From positions 64,001 through 128,000 of the forward strand of contig CAWIIV010000020.1 in assembly GCA_963836205.1 (NCBI GenBank): a stretch of 64,000 nucleotides of DNA, written 5' to 3'. A program made the position numbers and the translations under genes. This DNA is from an uncultured Acidimicrobiia bacterium. Lineage in GTDB: Bacteria > Actinomycetota > Acidimicrobiia > Acidimicrobiales > AC-14. The notes under the pieces were generated by a model. That model saw only the letters and a list, made by a program, of their open reading frames with translations, was not told the origin of the DNA and made no database searches. Positions 61,575-64,000 of the stretch are shown piece after piece (position 1 is the first letter of the stretch; each line of letters opens with the position of its first letter).

Positions 61575-63520
61575 GCGAGAACGCATGGGTGAGGATCGAC
61601 CCCGGGGGCCTGGAGGAGGGGCGGGTGACGACCGTGGTCGCCGCCGGGCGGGCCATCTGCCTGGCCCGCACCGCCACCGGGTACGGCGCCCTCGACAACC
61701 ACTGCCCCCACCAGGGCGGGCCCCTGGGCGACGGCCAGATCGCCGACGGCTACGTCATCTGCCCGTGGCACGCCTACGAGTACGACCCGGCCACCGGCAA
61801 GCCCCCGCCCGGCTTCAAGGACGGAGCCACCCCCTACGCGGTCGAAGACCGGGGCGCGGACGGCCTGTGGGTCGAGCTGCCGGTGGCCGAGAACCTCGTC
61901 TCGCTGATGGACCAGATGGTCGACGTGCTCTGCGAATGGGGTCTCGACACCGTGTTCGGGATGGTCGGCCACTCCAACCTGGGCCTGGCCGACGCCCTCC
62001 GCCGCGCCGAGGAGGACGGGCGCATCACCTACATCGGCATCCGCCACGAGGGGGCGGGCGCCTTCGCCGCCTCCGGCTACGCCAAGGTGTCGGGCCGACC
62101 GGCGGCCTGCCTCACCATCGCCGGCCCCGGCGCCACCAACCTCCTCACCGGCCTGTGGGACGCCAAGGTCGACCGGGTGCCGATCGTGGCCCTCACCGGG
62201 CAGGTGAAGTCGCAGGTCATCGGGCCGGGGACGTTCCAGGAAGTCGACCTCGCCTCCGCCTTCAAGCCGGTGGCGGCGTGGAGCCAGACCGTCCTCCGCC
62301 CCGAGAACGCCACCGAGCTGGCCGCCCTGGCCATGAAGCACGCCCTGGTGGAGCGCGACGTCGCCCACCTCATCTTCCCGGACGAGGTCCAGGAGCTGCC
62401 GGGGGTCGCCACGCCCGCGCCCCGGCCCCGCCTCGGGAGGGTCGCGGCCCCGGAGATCGGCCCGCCCGAGGCCGAGCTGGCCCGCGCCGTGGAGCTGCTC
62501 CGCGCCGCCCAGCGGCCGGTGATCATCGTCGGCAACGGCGCCCGCGGCTACGGCGACGAGATCGCCGCCTTCGCCGAGCACGTCGACGCCCCCGTGATCA
62601 CCACGTTCAAGGCCAAGGGGCTGGTCCCCGACTCCCACCCGCTGGCGTGCGGCGTCCTCGGCCGCTCGGGCATCCCGGTGGCGTCGATCCACATGGGCCG
62701 CAGCGACTGCCTGCTGGTGCTGGGGGCGTCGTTCTCCGACCACACCGGGATCGCCACCTACGTCCCCACCATCCAGGTCGACTTCGAACGCATGATGCTG
62801 GGCAAGTTCCACCCCGTCACCGTCCCCCTGTGGGGTGAGATCGGCCGCACCCTGGCCCTGCTGGCCGCGGCCGTACCCGCGGCCGAGCACCCCGCCCAGC
62901 GGGAGTCGATCGCCAAGCAGTGGCGCCGGTGGCGGGCGGAGAAGGCGGCCCGCTCGCTGTTGGCCGACGGCCGCGGGCGCATGCACCCGGCCCACGTGTT
63001 CGAGGTGTTGTCCCGCCTGGTGCCGGAGGACGCGGTCGTCCCCGTCGACGTGGGCAACAACGCCTACTCCTTCGGCCGCTACTTCGAGACCCAACGGGGC
63101 CAGACGGTGCTGATGTCCGGTTACCTGGGCTCGATCGGCTTCGGGTTCCCGGCGGCCATGGGCGCGTGGGCCGCCACCAAGGGCACCGGCCGCAAGGTGG
63201 TCTCGATCAGCGGCGACGGGGGTTTCGGGCAGTACCTGGCCGAGATGACCACGGCGGTCGCCCACTCCATGCCGATCACCCACGTCCTGCTCAACAACGA
63301 CGAGCTGGGCAAGATCTCCAAGGAGCAGATCGGTGCCCTCCGCCCGGTGTGGCAGACGGCCCTGGTCAACCCCGACTTCGCCGCCTACGCCCGCCTGTGC
63401 GGGGCCCGCGGCTGGCGGGTCGAGCGCCCGGAGGACCTGGAGCCGGCCCTGGCCGAAGCCCTCGCCGTCACCGACGGTCCGGGCCTGGTCGAGGTGGTGA
63501 CGTCGGCCCGCGACGTCTGA
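61571..63520 (+). CDS. Rieske [2Fe-2S] domain fused to a pyruvate oxidase-like TPP enzyme
   Basis: NHCPHQGGPL..ICPWHA; IRHEGAGAFAA, GPGATNL, SGDGGF..LNN. Confidence 0.92.
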   Translation: MSENAWVRIDPGGLEEGRVTTVVAAGRAICLARTATGYGALDNHCPHQGGPLGDGQIADGYVICPWHAYEYDPATGKPPPGFKDGATPYAVEDRGADGLWVELPVAENLVSLMDQMVDVLCEWGLDTVFGMVGHSNLGLADALRRAEEDGRITYIGIRHEGAGAFAASGYAKVSGRPAACLTIAGPGATNLLTGLWDAKVDRVPIVALTGQVKSQVIGPGTFQEVDLASAFKPVAAWSQTVLRPENATELAALAMKHALVERDVAHLIFPDEVQELPGVATPAPRPRLGRVAAPEIGPPEAELARAVELLRAAQRPVIIVGNGARGYGDEIAAFAEHVDAPVITTFKAKGLVPDSHPLACGVLGRSGIPVASIHMGRSDCLLVLGASFSDHTGIATYVPTIQVDFERMMLGKFHPVTVPLWGEIGRTLALLAAAVPAAEHPAQRESIAKQWRRWRAEKAARSLLADGRGRMHPAHVFEVLSRLVPEDAVVPVDVGNNAYSFGRYFETQRGQTVLMSGYLGSIGFGFPAAMGAWAATKGTGRKVVSISGDGGFGQYLAEMTTAVAHSMPITHVLLNNDELGKISKEQIGALRPVWQTALVNPDFAAYARLCGARGWRVERPEDLEPALAEALAVTDGPGLVEVVTSARDV

Positions 63521-63556
63521 CCTCGTCCGGACACCCCTCCGGCTCCGTAAGAATGC

Positions 63557-64000
63557 ATGCCCATGGCCAAGGAACGCGCCCCCGGACGTCCGGTCAGCTT
63601 CGGTTCCGACGGCGCCCTGGACCGGCCCGCATCGGAAGCCGACCTCGACTTCGTCCGCCGGCCCATGGTGCGCTGGCTCGACCCCCACCAGCTCCTCGAC
63701 ACCGCCGGCCGGGTCCTGGCGTCGGGATTCTGGAGCGCCTACACCGACAACCGGGAGCTCCAGGCCATGGTGGCGGCGGGCGTCCACGACCGGACGGCGG
63801 CGTCCGACGTATGGGTCGACTACGTCTCCGACCTGGGCGACGGCTTCAACTCGACGTACACCGTCGCCTACCTGCTGGCCCAGCCCGAACTCGACCTCGA
63901 CGGGGAGCACACCCGGCGGGGACGGATCCTGGTCATGGGCGGCGACCAGGTGTACCCCGTCCCCAAGCGCTCGGAGTACGAGAACCGGCTGCTGGGGCCC
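63557..64000 (+). CDS. Metallophosphoesterase-like protein, 3'-truncated by the window edge
   Basis: WVDYVSDLGDGFNSTY..LVMGGDQVYP. Confidence 0.75.
   Translation, partial: MPMAKERAPGRPVSFGSDGALDRPASEADLDFVRRPMVRWLDPHQLLDTAGRVLASGFWSAYTDNRELQAMVAAGVHDRTAASDVWVDYVSDLGDGFNSTYTVAYLLAQPELDLDGEHTRRGRILVMGGDQVYPVPKRSEYENRLLGP

Overview
This is high-GC actinobacterial DNA; gene content (WhiB, PspC two-component locus, DUF222-HNH) suggests Acidimicrobiia, which is an inference. Many long genes carry single-base frameshifts, most likely long-read consensus errors. Main content: (1) a ~15 kb minus-strand pfa/hgl-like iterative type I PKS operon (7.1-21.9 kb) with ACP, hydrolase, glycosyltransferase and a degenerate galactokinase; (2) stress genes: katE with a Lys/Ala-rich tail, a radical SAM/DUF222 pair sharing an SOS box, a Psp locus, and whiB7 with an intact uORF attenuator; (3) a lower-GC islet (38.8-40.9 kb) with an amino-methyltransferase and a putative PD-(D/E)xK nuclease, whose promoter has a perfect LexA box interleaved with clustered CTAG/ACTAGT sites; (4) a ~52 bp palindromic repeat family, four copies of which sit in PKS linkers; (5) a decayed transposase-like element; (6) housekeeping genes (ppc, DinG-family helicase, amidase, egtA-like ligase, Rieske-TPP fusion). 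I saw no rRNA, tRNA or CRISPR array. All calls come from reading motifs by eye; no searches were run.
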